Shown one piece after another: positions 1 to 10,086 of a DNA stretch of 64,000 nucleotides (its first letter is position 1; each line of letters opens with the position of its first letter). Source of the DNA: a virus (taxonomy: Duplodnaviria > Caudoviricetes). The notes under the pieces are model-generated. The model was given only the letters and a program-made list of their open reading frames with translations. It had not been told where the DNA came from and made no database searches. The DNA is taken from the IMG/VR virus record IMGVR_UViG_3300022848_000005; one strand, 5' to 3'. The position numbers and the translations under genes are program-made.

Positions 1-613
1 CTAGTGTTCGGTGTAGGTCTGATTCCCACCACTTGAAGAACGCCTCAACATAAGGATTTTCCTCGCCGAATTTGTACAACTGCGCACTGTCATGAGCATG
101 GGTAAAATGATTACGCCCATCAGAAACGAGCCCAGTATAACTTCCGTTTGATTTGATATCTTTAACCCATGTACTACTAAAAGCAGGGTTGCAATAACTG
201 CAAGCAAATTGACAAGTCCTATCGAAACTGATTTCCAAAGTTCGTAAGTCCACGTCTCTTGTTGCATCTGATTGATATGCATCGTCTAATTCCTTTATAG
301 TGTATATTTTACTTTTATAGACACGGTCAGAAATATTATCACGGTTGATATCTTCAATCTTCCAGCAGTACTCACAACCTGGCGGACGTTCTCCTGCCTG
401 CATCTGCGCTCTGTCTTTTTTCTTTTCAGGCGTGTTGTGTATTGCTTTGGGATTACGCTTAACTTCTTCAATATCAACTTTGTGTGCTGGTGGGTGATGA
501 CAACTGGTACTCATGCCACTGCCTAACCATATGGTGGCGTTATACCATTTCGCTCCACAAAAGCTCGCTGACTTTGTGTCTAACATTTGTTTCTTAAATT
601 CTAAATCATTCAA
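1..613 (-). CDS. Radical SAM protein with twitch-like Cys cluster, 3'-truncated by window edge (not in ORF track)
   Basis: TTG at 613 directly follows the TAA of the upstream gene. The frame stays open to position 2: (M)NDLEFKKQMLDTKSASFCGAKWYNATIWLGSGMSTSCHHPP...CEYCWKIED...DRTCQFACSYCNP...ENPYVEAFFKWWESDLHRTL. It has CX3CX2C and is clearly paralogous to 1827..3197. Confidence 0.9.
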   Translation of the reverse strand, partial: MNDLEFKKQMLDTKSASFCGAKWYNATIWLGSGMSTSCHHPPAHKVDIEEVKRNPKAIHNTPEKKKDRAQMQAGERPPGCEYCWKIEDINRDNISDRVYKSKIYTIKELDDAYQSDATRDVDLRTLEISFDRTCQFACSYCNPAFSSTWVKDIKSNGSYTGLVSDGRNHFTHAHDSAQLYKFGEENPYVEAFFKWWESDLHRTL

Positions 614-1840
614 TTACCATACTCCATTGTCATTGAGTATTTTTCCATACTCAGGAAATATTGTAACATAATCTTCATTTCTATACAAGTCTTTTTCTTT
701 TGTCCAAAACTTAAACTCGTCCCAGGGTGTGTTGACATTTAACTCTGATTCATCAAATAACTTTGGTTTTGTTTCAAGTAGTTTTACTATAGACGTTACA
801 TTATTTTTTCCTATAAGTTCTACATGAGACTCTAAATGTTCACGCACAATAGGTTTAATTTTGTCTGGTATTACATTTACGCAATAATAACTGGGCCACT
901 GTACAAGTATTACAAACGGTGTGATCTCAATATTGTGAAACATCTTAAACTTTACAAACTGTTCATATACTTCATGAAAGTCCCATACATTAATAGCACT
1001 TACACATATGACAGGGACGATACTTACACTATAGTTTGACTGTTCTTCTAGTTTGATAAAATCACATAGGTTATTATATACTATTTTCCAATCTGCTGGG
1101 TGTCTCACGTAGGTTATCTTTTTGCCCACTGCGTCCAGACTGATGTTAACAGTTACATTTTTAAAACCAAGTAAAATGTTACGCCAGGCTTCTGTCAACT
1201 TATGTGTGCAGTTTGTGCTTATCTTTAGGTCTATGTCTTTGGCTTTTCCTGAATCAACAATGCGAGTAAGCAGTTTAGGAACCATGTTATCCAACAGTGG
1301 CTCCCCACCATACAGTTCTATTTTTTCTAAGTTATCAACATAGTTATATAGGTCATCCAACTGCTCATCTGTAAAATGTTTTTTAAACTTTTCTCTGGTG
1401 TATATTGTATTAGACAACCCATGTTTTTCTTCATAGTGTTTGCCTTCTATGTGGTACAAGTAACTGTCGTAACTTTGACATGTTCTGCAACGCAGGTTAC
1501 ATATATTACTTACTTTAATGTTTAAGTTTTTAGGTCCTTTAGTGTAATCTGTGTTAACAAAATCAAACAAGGATAATCTACTTAGTTGATTTACTCTTTC
1601 ACTTCTATGTCCTAATTTTTCTTCCGACCAACATCTCTGACACATGTCTAATTGTTCGCCGTTACTGGATCGCTGTCTAGCATCTTCAAGTTCAGGGCTT
1701 GCCCAAATCTCCTTAAAAGTTTTATTAGGAAATTTGTATGCCCCGCCCCCCAGCGCAGTACATGGGCTATATGATCCTGCAGGATCTACAGTAGCATCTA
1801 CATAGAATGCTGGGCAGGTGTTTTCATTAAACTTGTGCAT
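614..1840 (-). CDS. Radical SAM / SPASM-twitch domain protein
   Basis: CNLRCRTC (CX3CX2C), GGEP motif, N-terminal Cys cluster (CPAF..PC..CQRCW). Confidence 0.9.
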   Translation of the reverse strand: MHKFNENTCPAFYVDATVDPAGSYSPCTALGGGAYKFPNKTFKEIWASPELEDARQRSSNGEQLDMCQRCWSEEKLGHRSERVNQLSRLSLFDFVNTDYTKGPKNLNIKVSNICNLRCRTCQSYDSYLYHIEGKHYEEKHGLSNTIYTREKFKKHFTDEQLDDLYNYVDNLEKIELYGGEPLLDNMVPKLLTRIVDSGKAKDIDLKISTNCTHKLTEAWRNILLGFKNVTVNISLDAVGKKITYVRHPADWKIVYNNLCDFIKLEEQSNYSVSIVPVICVSAINVWDFHEVYEQFVKFKMFHNIEITPFVILVQWPSYYCVNVIPDKIKPIVREHLESHVELIGKNNVTSIVKLLETKPKLFDESELNVNTPWDEFKFWTKEKDLYRNEDYVTIFPEYGKILNDNGVW

Positions 1841-3197
1841 GGTACCTACATTCTGACCACCAGGATTCCATTTCCGGGAAAGTTTCTAAAAAGTTTGTAT
1901 TTCTACGTTTATCGTGTTCATTGAAAAATAAAAAGAAGTTTCTCTTTTGTTGTTTAATGTACTCTCCATCCAGTTGTTGGCCTTCTCGCATCCAAGCAAT
2001 GGTTCTTCGCATACGTTGTACCTCAAAGTCTTTAAAACCTGTACTGTATTCTATATTCTCTTCCATCCAGTCAGCAACTTCGTCTAGACGTTGTGCATAA
2101 CTTTCTGGTAGTATTTGTAAACTCTGCCAAGCAGGTTGTCTAAGTAAAGGAGTATCAAACCAAATTTTATTGTACTCTTTATTGTGTTGACGTCGCAATT
2201 CTAATATCCAGCCTAGCAATTTTTGTAATCTGATAACACTTAAATTATTCATTGTAATAATAAATGTTAGACTGTTCTTGTATTTAACTTCACGTAGGTA
2301 ATGCTCTACGTATCCTGTCAAGCGTTGCATTTTTAAACCATCACGTATGTACTCTGCTTGTACACCCATGCTGTCTACACTAACATACTGCATAAAGTGT
2401 TCTAAGTAGTTGCTCGAACACATCTTCTTAACGTATTCTATGTACTTGATAAACAAACCATTCTCAACACTGAAGTTACTGGTAACATTTAAATGTAAAT
2501 CAGGCTTAGGCAATGCTAACACGTACTCAAACACACGGTATGTGTTACGATCCATTAGTGGCTCACCACCAGTCATTCTAAAGTGTTCTAGTTTGGGGTA
2601 TAGTTCTGGCCACCATTTCCAAAATGCGTCAACATATGGATTTTCTTCTCTATTAGGAACAGGTCGCCTGTCTCCCATAAAGTGTTCTGGTGCATTGTGT
2701 GGTTGTATTGTTGGGTAAGCACCTTTGTCTTGTACTTCTTTTGCCCAACTTGAACTAAACTGTGGGCTACAATAACTGCACCTAAGGTTACATGCGTTGT
2801 TAAAATTGACTTCCACATAACTAGGTATAACATCTTCTTGCCAGTCTATTGTGGCAGGATCCATTTGTGCCCAGGGCTCACCTGAACGATAATGTCTATC
2901 ACTCAAGTTACCTGCATCTTCTATTGCCCAACAGTAACTACACTCTTCAGGACGCTTGCCCTCTATCATTAACTTACGTTGTTGTTTTTTATGCTCTGTG
3001 TTATGTAGTGCGCTGGGATTCTTTTGTATTGCCGCTAAAGGTATTTTGTGCAACGGTGGATGATAGCAACTGTTGTTAAGTCCTGTGGGCAGGTGCAAAC
3101 TTACTTGTTTCCATTTTGCATAGCAAAGACTAGGACCCAACTGGTCCTTCATGGCCTCTGCCGCTGACATAAATTCGCTTTGATCGCCTTTTGTCAT
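1827..3197 (-). CDS. Radical SAM / twitch domain protein
   Basis: CNLRCSYC, TGGEP, N-terminal CYAKW..SCYHPP..CSYCW cluster. Confidence 0.9.
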   Translation of the reverse strand: MTKGDQSEFMSAAEAMKDQLGPSLCYAKWKQVSLHLPTGLNNSCYHPPLHKIPLAAIQKNPSALHNTEHKKQQRKLMIEGKRPEECSYCWAIEDAGNLSDRHYRSGEPWAQMDPATIDWQEDVIPSYVEVNFNNACNLRCSYCSPQFSSSWAKEVQDKGAYPTIQPHNAPEHFMGDRRPVPNREENPYVDAFWKWWPELYPKLEHFRMTGGEPLMDRNTYRVFEYVLALPKPDLHLNVTSNFSVENGLFIKYIEYVKKMCSSNYLEHFMQYVSVDSMGVQAEYIRDGLKMQRLTGYVEHYLREVKYKNSLTFIITMNNLSVIRLQKLLGWILELRRQHNKEYNKIWFDTPLLRQPAWQSLQILPESYAQRLDEVADWMEENIEYSTGFKDFEVQRMRRTIAWMREGQQLDGEYIKQQKRNFFLFFNEHDKRRNTNFLETFPEMESWWSECRYHAQV

Positions 3198-4171
3198 ACT
3201 ACTCTTCTCTTTGATCCGTTACGTCTAACATCAAGTGTTAAACAATGTATACCGGCTTCCCAAAACATGCCGTGTCTTACGGGAACATGGTGTACTGTTA
3301 TGCCATGTGCTTCTACTTCAGGTAACTCTATACTACTTACAATGTTTTCGCTGTCCACAACTAAAACGTTACTTTCAAATGCTGTGTCTTGTGCGAGTCC
3401 TTGCCACTGTTCCAGCCACGTAAATAAATTTTTCCTGTTACCCTGTTGTATGTCTTTTAAACTTTCACTATACTTGAAAGTTCTATTGTTTAGTTCTATA
3501 ATTGTTTTGCTACGTAAGCATTGTGGTACCCACGAGATGTCAACACAAAACACTGTGTCATCATCCGTCATGTAAAAGCCTTGATCTATGTGGCCCCATC
3601 GACCTTGTCTTGTGTCTACGTTTTTTACTAGAGTGCCTTCACAGTTTCTCTCCATCCAGTCATACCCATTTTGGTTACCCGGACCGTAGTCATTAATAAT
3701 TATGCTATCACCTGCCTTAAACATTGTAGCAGTGTGCCATAACAATTTATTTTTATATTCGTGATGATACGGTGTGGCAACCATTTGGTAGGATAACTGT
3801 TCTAGTATAGGCGGTGGCTGACTTAACCAGTTATGTCCTTGCATAAACAGTTGTGCAAATACATCATAATAACATAAGCCGTCCCAGTATCTATCCTTCA
3901 TACTTGTATATGTTTGGTATACACAATCGCCATATACCAAATACTGATCACGTGGCACAATAGGATATATTTGACTAGGCTGTAGATCGCCTATTGTTGG
4001 GCGGTGTACTTTAATGCCTAACTTAGTTAAGTAGTTGGCTAAGTTATCTAAATCCTCTTTTGTTTCTGTTAGTATTTTATCTAACTCAGGCACGCCTGGA
4101 TATGTAGGTCTGCAATCTCCTACTATAACTTCTTCAAGTGGATCCCATTCAGTCCAGACTGTCACCAACAA
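3194..4171 (-). CDS. Amidinotransferase family protein (AGAT/StrB1-like pentein fold)
   Basis: WTEWDPLEEVIVG N-terminus, PRD, GHID, and C-terminal GIHCLTLDVRR with the catalytic Cys. Confidence 0.8.
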   Translation of the reverse strand: MLVTVWTEWDPLEEVIVGDCRPTYPGVPELDKILTETKEDLDNLANYLTKLGIKVHRPTIGDLQPSQIYPIVPRDQYLVYGDCVYQTYTSMKDRYWDGLCYYDVFAQLFMQGHNWLSQPPPILEQLSYQMVATPYHHEYKNKLLWHTATMFKAGDSIIINDYGPGNQNGYDWMERNCEGTLVKNVDTRQGRWGHIDQGFYMTDDDTVFCVDISWVPQCLRSKTIIELNNRTFKYSESLKDIQQGNRKNLFTWLEQWQGLAQDTAFESNVLVVDSENIVSSIELPEVEAHGITVHHVPVRHGMFWEAGIHCLTLDVRRNGSKRRVV

Positions 4172-4625
4172 TCTCCTTTAAGTATTCTGGTTCCCAAAAT
4201 GTATAATAATCTGTTTTTGCTAACTGCGTACGTGCGCCTAGTAGTTTCTGTTTATTTTGACACAGTATTAACTTATACTTGCCGTTATTAGTCTGCACAC
4301 CGTTAATGTGTGTTTCTTTTTCACTGTCAGGTAAAAATATCATATCAGGATATTGTTCTGCTAATCTAGCACAATGCTCTTTTAGTTCGTTGTGTGTCAG
4401 CGGGTTGTTATGACTTAACTTCTGTTCACTACAGATTAGTATCAGTACATCACACTTAATGTCTGGCAGTTCTTTAAGGTCTCTAATTTGTACATTAACT
4501 GCTCGCATCTTAGCCAGGTGTGCATAAGGACAAACACGATTGCCGCCTAATTCTTCGTAAGGCATTACTAAACGTTTAATCCAGATTAATAGATGATTTT
4601 GTTGTTCATGTGTTGCTAAACGCAT
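4149..4625 (-). CDS. Hypothetical protein (VCPYA motif, weakly DUF1415-like)
   Basis: Overlaps both neighbours within the operon; motif resemblance only. Confidence 0.6.
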   Translation of the reverse strand: MRLATHEQQNHLLIWIKRLVMPYEELGGNRVCPYAHLAKMRAVNVQIRDLKELPDIKCDVLILICSEQKLSHNNPLTHNELKEHCARLAEQYPDMIFLPDSEKETHINGVQTNNGKYKLILCQNKQKLLGARTQLAKTDYYTFWEPEYLKEIVGDSLD

Positions 4626-5793
4626 TGTCTAACCTTTCGTTTAACTCGTCCCAATAACCATTATCTTCTATACCGACAGGAACACATAATGTTAAATGAT
4701 TATTGTCATAATAACATCCTAATCCGCTGGGCATTATTCCACTCTCTAACAACTTAAGTTGTGTTATTGGGTTAACTAGCTCAACACTACACAAAATACC
4801 TTTGTGCCAGCCTTGTTTAATGTGACCCTTTGTTAGCCTCTCAGTAATTAAACTGTTGAACCTAGAAGTAATATTATTAAAGGCTGTTTCTTCTGGCCAA
4901 TGTCTCCAGATCCAGTTTGCGGCATCAACTCCTGCCATGTTAGGACTCCAGGTGTGACTAAAACCAAACTTCGCACTTACTGATCTTGTGATATCCTCGC
5001 TCATACACACTGTGCTTAGTGGTGTGTATCCACCAGTAATACTTTTACCACTTATTACCAGATCAGGTAAGATGCCCTGTGCATTGTGTGTAAATCGTGT
5101 ACCTGTTTTACCATAGCCGCCCATGACATCATCAACAATCAGTAAACATTCATACTTGTCGCACAACCTACGCACTTCATGCCACCAGGAATCCGACCAG
5201 GGGCGCAATTTTTCTATCCAGGGTATGGACTCCATAAACACTGTGCCGATATTGTGATTATTCTTTAATAGATCCTCTACCTGTTGTAAAGCGGCATTTT
5301 CATGATGTTGTCTTGCGACTATAGTTGGCCATATACCAGTATCCACAATGTGGCACCAGGGAACCTCGAATTCACCACGTAATATACTAGGCAAAAGACT
5401 TGTACCACTATACCCTGGTGCAAAACATATTATTTCCTGTCTATTGGGATTATGTTTTTTAAAATACAAATCTTTAAGGTAAAACGCAAGCTCTACGGCA
5501 TCAGTACCACTAACTGCCCATGCTACACTGTGTAATCCACTTTCCTGTGTGATATTGTTGGCAAGTAAATCTACAGACTCGGTGCTTTCGCTTGCCTTGT
5601 AGTTTACCCATGATACTTTATTTGTTATACCATGTACTGCCCAGAGTATATTCCAGTGGTTGTATCCCCAGATAAATGTCTGATTGCCACAACTGATGTC
5701 AAACAATCTTCCAGCATTGGTGTCACAATACCACCTGTCTTGTTTGCTTACGAGTAAGTTTACTCGATCATCGGTTAACTCTGCTAATTCCAT
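4606..5793 (-). CDS. PLP-dependent class-III aminotransferase (BioA/ArgD-like)
   Basis: SGTDAVE, LIVDDVMGGYGKTG, SGKSITGG (PLP Lys), FSHTWSPN. Confidence 0.85.
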   Translation of the reverse strand: MELAELTDDRVNLLVSKQDRWYCDTNAGRLFDISCGNQTFIWGYNHWNILWAVHGITNKVSWVNYKASESTESVDLLANNITQESGLHSVAWAVSGTDAVELAFYLKDLYFKKHNPNRQEIICFAPGYSGTSLLPSILRGEFEVPWCHIVDTGIWPTIVARQHHENAALQQVEDLLKNNHNIGTVFMESIPWIEKLRPWSDSWWHEVRRLCDKYECLLIVDDVMGGYGKTGTRFTHNAQGILPDLVISGKSITGGYTPLSTVCMSEDITRSVSAKFGFSHTWSPNMAGVDAANWIWRHWPEETAFNNITSRFNSLITERLTKGHIKQGWHKGILCSVELVNPITQLKLLESGIMPSGLGCYYDNNHLTLCVPVGIEDNGYWDELNERLDNAFSNT

Positions 5794-6743
5794 TACCAGC
5801 CTTCAACAATCCTGATAATGTCTATTTCTCTGGTCATGGGCTTTATGTTAAAATGTTTTCCGGTTAGGTGATGCTTTAGAAATTTACTTTGCTCTGCATC
5901 TAGTGTAACAATTGGCAGTCCTAATCGTTTTGATAGAACAGTTTCCAATATCTTACTGTGTTCTACTGGGTCGTTGTCTTTAACTGACTCCCATAACTTT
6001 TCTAGTTCCACAAAGTCTTGTACACGCTTGTAAGGCCAGTCTTCCAACATGGTCATGTAAGTACCAAGTCGTGCGCCATACATTGCCCAGATGCCGTTAG
6101 TTATGTCCTGTCCAACACTTTGCCAAATACATAACTGATCGTAATTCCTATTGTTTACTTTTTTATCAAACTCCAACAGCGATGGTTTAACTCCACGATC
6201 CAAACACATCTTTACACCTTCTCTAAATCCTGCTCGCCATGCTTGAAAAGGTGTTTGGTTAGGATAGGTAGTACTATAACAATTATGCATTGCCAAATAT
6301 CGTTTGTCGAAACAAAACTCCACTGCGGTATCATCACTACCGTCTGAGTTTTCGTGTGTGCGCATATCGGCAACAAAGTCTTTTGTCCAGCAACTGATAC
6401 CACCATTGCCATACATAAGTCCGTTTATCTCATTGCGGGCTCTCCATCTAAACACACAGTCTCGATTTGTATCATCTAGCTCTAACTGTATGTTAAAGAA
6501 GTCTGGATCAGGCAAGTTGTCACCGTCTATTAACACAAACCTATATGTGTCACTTGCTTCACCTGCGGCTTTGTGTGCATTATCACTGCCTTGCACACCG
6601 TCCACACGTTTGGCCCAAGGTACTATGTTTTGTATTTTAATCCAGAACTCTTCCTTCTTGGGCTCGTCATACGTTAAAAATATGACATCTAAATCTGCTA
6701 CATCAATAATGTCCATGGTCCCAATACTCCGGATTGTTGTCAT
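5793..6743 (-). CDS. Putative glycosyltransferase (GT-A-like)
   Basis: DVIFLTYDEP start, LIDGDN (DxD), QAWRAGFREGVKM. Confidence 0.6.
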   Translation of the reverse strand: MTTIRSIGTMDIIDVADLDVIFLTYDEPKKEEFWIKIQNIVPWAKRVDGVQGSDNAHKAAGEASDTYRFVLIDGDNLPDPDFFNIQLELDDTNRDCVFRWRARNEINGLMYGNGGISCWTKDFVADMRTHENSDGSDDTAVEFCFDKRYLAMHNCYSTTYPNQTPFQAWRAGFREGVKMCLDRGVKPSLLEFDKKVNNRNYDQLCIWQSVGQDITNGIWAMYGARLGTYMTMLEDWPYKRVQDFVELEKLWESVKDNDPVEHSKILETVLSKRLGLPIVTLDAEQSKFLKHHLTGKHFNIKPMTREIDIIRIVEGW

Positions 6744-7068
6744 CAGGAAATGCTAGGTTGTTACGCATAACACTGTAGCCTGAATTGCTTGGTTTTAGTA
6801 ATTTAGTCTTTACCTTATGTGGTATATCTGTTATCGTGCCGTCCTTAATAATACAGTTATGTAACTTATGCATAACTGTATTATATTCGTTCCAGTTCAT
6901 TTCCAAACAAGGACCAGTGGGGTCTCCCGGTTCATTATGAACTTGCTTAGTTACTTCTCCTTCACTATTATAATATATTCTGTATGTTTCTACAATAGCT
7001 TTAGGTGGAATAAACTCAGTTACGGCTTTGGAAAATTCGCTCCAGGCTTTGGATTGCTTGTCTGACAA
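6703..7068 (-). CDS. Hypothetical protein
   Basis: 121-aa ORF overlapping both neighbours in the operon. Confidence 0.55.
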   Translation of the reverse strand: MSDKQSKAWSEFSKAVTEFIPPKAIVETYRIYYNSEGEVTKQVHNEPGDPTGPCLEMNWNEYNTVMHKLHNCIIKDGTITDIPHKVKTKLLKPSNSGYSVMRNNLAFPDDNNPEYWDHGHY

Positions 7069-7867
7069 ACTCTTTGTCCTTTATAAAATAATGCACAGGA
7101 TACATCTGCTTTTGTGTGTTCAAACTTAACACCCCATCATTGCCAAACTGTGCTAGTACATGATCTTGCCAGTTTAAATTAGGATGCCAACTGTTAACTG
7201 CACCTTTCATATGCACAAAACTTGGTATAGCATGTGGTAAATAACACCGTTCTTCTCCTACTAGCTTTGCTGTTACTGCATATGCAACGTCGGTACTAAC
7301 CCTATCTTCCCTACAATTTTTAAGTATTCTATCTCTGAATCTTGGCCAATGTTGGTATACATACCTTAGTTGCCGCCAGAACTCCTGACTGGTATGCCCA
7401 TACCTAAAATAACTAAATCCGTTGTACGTGTTTAATAAATTATTTTCCACAAACAATTTACGGTAAGTCATCGTGTTATTGATGTTGCCTTCCCAGTCTC
7501 GTATATTTGTACAAATGCAGACCTCACGCTCCTGCATTGCAGACCACCAATGATCTATGTTGGTGGTTAATAATATGTCTGATTCAATTTTTACTGTCTC
7601 CTTGAAGGGAGTCAATGGACCCACCTGCCATTCGTTGGCCAGTTTCCAGTCATCATCGACGGCATCGTCCTGTTGTAAATCAATTACATGGTCAAATACA
7701 GCCAGGTACTTTTCCTTCATTGCCAGTCTGGTTTGTTTATCAACCAGTACTGCATAGTTGGTATATTTTTTCTGTGTTAGTTTAATACTCAGAGCCTGCA
7801 GATACGCTAACTCTAAGTAGTCAGTAGTACTATTGTTCTGTGCTATTGTCACGTACCCTGATGTCAT
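7016..7867 (-). CDS. Putative glycosyltransferase (GT8-like)
   Basis: GYVTIAQN..DYLELAY start, ETVKIESDIL (DxD variant), STDVAYA; paralog of 7864..8694. Confidence 0.6.
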   Translation of the reverse strand: MTSGYVTIAQNNSTTDYLELAYLQALSIKLTQKKYTNYAVLVDKQTRLAMKEKYLAVFDHVIDLQQDDAVDDDWKLANEWQVGPLTPFKETVKIESDILLTTNIDHWWSAMQEREVCICTNIRDWEGNINNTMTYRKLFVENNLLNTYNGFSYFRYGHTSQEFWRQLRYVYQHWPRFRDRILKNCREDRVSTDVAYAVTAKLVGEERCYLPHAIPSFVHMKGAVNSWHPNLNWQDHVLAQFGNDGVLSLNTQKQMYPVHYFIKDKEFVRQAIQSLERIFQSRN

Positions 7868-8694
7868 ATAAAATCCACTAACGACTTTTTATCCATAATA
7901 TGTATGTCTTGTCGGACCCTGCCTACATAGTTATGCTTTTGTTTTTCGTAGACATATTTTATCCCACGTTCATTGTAGTCAATGATCTTTGCTCTAGATG
8001 TCAGTGTGGGCAATGCCCATGGTATGCTATATGTATTTGTGCCATAGCCTCCCAGTATGTGTAATGCTATACTAAGTGCAAAATCGTTCCTAAATACTTT
8101 GCGGTTAAATTGGTATAGTGATGAATAATACTCCCAGTGTTCTTTAACTAACTTCATCATCGTAAATACATTTTCTGAAAAGTTGCACTTGTCGAACAAA
8201 ACTGCTGTTGCCCATACCATTGGTATAGTGTAACTGTTTAACCTCTTGTCGGAGTTATATAAGTTCTGCCCGGTAACATCTAACACACTGTAGTGACATG
8301 TAAATTCAATATCCAGATCAAACAATTTTTTGTAGTTGTTTGACATTATCAAGTAGTCAGCATCTAGTAAAAGTGTCCGATCAAAAGGCGTTAGGTCATA
8401 TGCATCACTGCGACTGCCATTTATCCAGGGAGTTGACAATGATTCGCCGTTAAAGTAAAACACCCTTTTGTTCGTGTCTTCAGTATTATCCATGATGACA
8501 TGGTCAAACATGGTGGTGTCTGATTCATCACGTGTCTTGGTGTCAGTAATTACTGCTACTGGTAACTGTAAATGTTCTTTTATCAATCCACAATTATGTT
8601 GTGCTATGCGCATGTAATCCAGTTTAGAATTACGTGCGAACATTAGTACACCTTTAGACTTGGGTTGCTCGCCTGGTTTGTTTGAGTTGCTCAT
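7864..8694 (-). CDS. Putative glycosyltransferase (GT8-like)
   Basis: KGVLMFA..DY start, TPFDRTLLLDADYL (DxD), RNDFALSIA. Confidence 0.65.
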   Translation of the reverse strand: MSNSNKPGEQPKSKGVLMFARNSKLDYMRIAQHNCGLIKEHLQLPVAVITDTKTRDESDTTMFDHVIMDNTEDTNKRVFYFNGESLSTPWINGSRSDAYDLTPFDRTLLLDADYLIMSNNYKKLFDLDIEFTCHYSVLDVTGQNLYNSDKRLNSYTIPMVWATAVLFDKCNFSENVFTMMKLVKEHWEYYSSLYQFNRKVFRNDFALSIALHILGGYGTNTYSIPWALPTLTSRAKIIDYNERGIKYVYEKQKHNYVGRVRQDIHIMDKKSLVDFI

Positions 8695-8977
8695 ATTCTA
8701 CATGGTATGCATTAATCTTTTGTTGGTATGATTGTTTAGCATATTCTAATAATGTTGTTCTTTGTACCTGAATAGGATTTTCGTAGGTGTCTACCATATA
8801 GATAGTGTCCTCTTCCCAGGCATTTAGAAATGCTATTAGACCTTGATCTGCCTTAAACATACCACCATTGTGTGCAACGTATAGATCTGAATCTATACGT
8901 TCTTTAAGATTCTTTTTTGCTACAGCAAGTTCGAAACGAGCCTGTGCGAACTGTTCTAATTTATCTACTTTGTCCAT
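8654..8977 (-). CDS. Hypothetical protein, first gene of the rSAM/GT operon
   Basis: ATG lies 6 nt downstream of a -10 box. Confidence 0.7.
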   Translation of the reverse strand: MDKVDKLEQFAQARFELAVAKKNLKERIDSDLYVAHNGGMFKADQGLIAFLNAWEEDTIYMVDTYENPIQVQRTTLLEYAKQSYQQKINAYHVEYEQLKQTRRATQV

Positions 8978-8983
8978 GTTGGT

Positions 8984-9012
8984 ATTTTACATTAATATTG
9001 TTGAATAGTCAA
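8984..9012 (-). promoter_or_regulatory. sigma70-type promoter for the rSAM/GT operon
   Basis: Minus strand TTGACT-N17-TAAAAT, then 6 nt to ATG. Confidence 0.75.
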
Positions 9013-9015
9013 TAC

Positions 9016-9040
9016 AAAAATGGCACTATTTCTAGTGCCA
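9016..9040 (-). terminator. Rho-independent terminator ending the fibre operon
   Basis: Minus strand TGGCACTA-GAAA-TAGTGCCA followed by TTTTT. Confidence 0.8.
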
Positions 9041-9066
9041 AATTTGTGTTTATTTGTAAAACTAAG

Positions 9067-10071
9067 TTATGCGACTGCCGCCGTTGCTTGTGCCATTGTG
9101 ACTGTGCCCCAAGTAGTAGTTAAATGCGTTGCACTTGGTGGGACATTGCTGGCCACAACCCTAGCATCACCGTCCATTATGTCAAGAGGATCATATTCTG
9201 GCTTATCATAAGTTTGGTCTGTTGAAGCGTCTAAGAAGCTAATCTTAAATGTTACAATACTGCCACTATCACTGTTTGATCCTTGTGCGCCGTTAGATTT
9301 TGCTTCAATCCTAATATTGTTTGCGGCACCACTAATGTACGGGCTACCAGCTGATGTTAAATCTCTTTGAAGTATTGTCTGATAACCTGTGGTCATGTCA
9401 TAATAACCAATAGTAGTTGCTAATGTGACTTGAGAGCTTGTGTGTGCTTCTGTAACTGTGATAGAATCGGCACCACCACTTATAACGCTACCGTTTGCAC
9501 TGTATACCAGAGACCCAGCCATCTGTGTTAATGCGTTCCAGGATCTTGCTTTGGCATCATCTGTATAACCTACCATTTGCGGATCTAATACAATTGTACC
9601 ACCTGCATTAAAGAAATATCTTGCTTGATCTGCTGAACTAAATGTAAAAGTTACTTCCTGAATATTACTTACTGTCCAGTTGCCTGACGAGTTAAAGGTT
9701 GAAGAAGCAGTTGATCCTTGGGCCGCCGCATTAGTTTTGTTGCTATGTAATGTACTAATGTTTGTGCTAATTGCGGCTATGATTTCAATCTCATTTCCTG
9801 CACTAGGAGAAGTCATTGAAGTTAAACTAGACCCTTGGTGACTGCCCATTGTGGTTATTCTTGAAAGAGCCGTAGCCCACTGTGTTGCAGTTACGTTACT
9901 GCCTGCTGTAACTGCTGATAATGTTCCAGACTGACCGTAACCCCGGTCTCCTGTCCCAGTTCCCCAAATGTTGTTAATATTTGCACTGTCGGTTGCCGTT
10001 CCTCCAGTATGCCCTGTAGCGAATACATTGTATTCGTCATCTAGTATTGTATCACCGGTTTGGTATGCCAT
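9067..10071 (-). CDS. Virion structural / tail-fibre-associated protein (MAYQTG paralog 2)
   Basis: Thr/Ser/Gly-rich; GYGQ and RYFFNAGG motifs; closely paralogous to 10087..11088. Confidence 0.65.
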   Translation of the reverse strand: MAYQTGDTILDDEYNVFATGHTGGTATDSANINNIWGTGTGDRGYGQSGTLSAVTAGSNVTATQWATALSRITTMGSHQGSSLTSMTSPSAGNEIEIIAAISTNISTLHSNKTNAAAQGSTASSTFNSSGNWTVSNIQEVTFTFSSADQARYFFNAGGTIVLDPQMVGYTDDAKARSWNALTQMAGSLVYSANGSVISGGADSITVTEAHTSSQVTLATTIGYYDMTTGYQTILQRDLTSAGSPYISGAANNIRIEAKSNGAQGSNSDSGSIVTFKISFLDASTDQTYDKPEYDPLDIMDGDARVVASNVPPSATHLTTTWGTVTMAQATAAVA

Positions 10072-10086
10072 CTTTATTTCTTCCTA

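Noticed and set aside
1-477. Track ORFs 1..282 (membrane-looking) and 295..477
   Set aside because: Both are alternative frames of the true edge-truncated radical-SAM gene (1..613), which carries CX3CX2C and matches its paralog.
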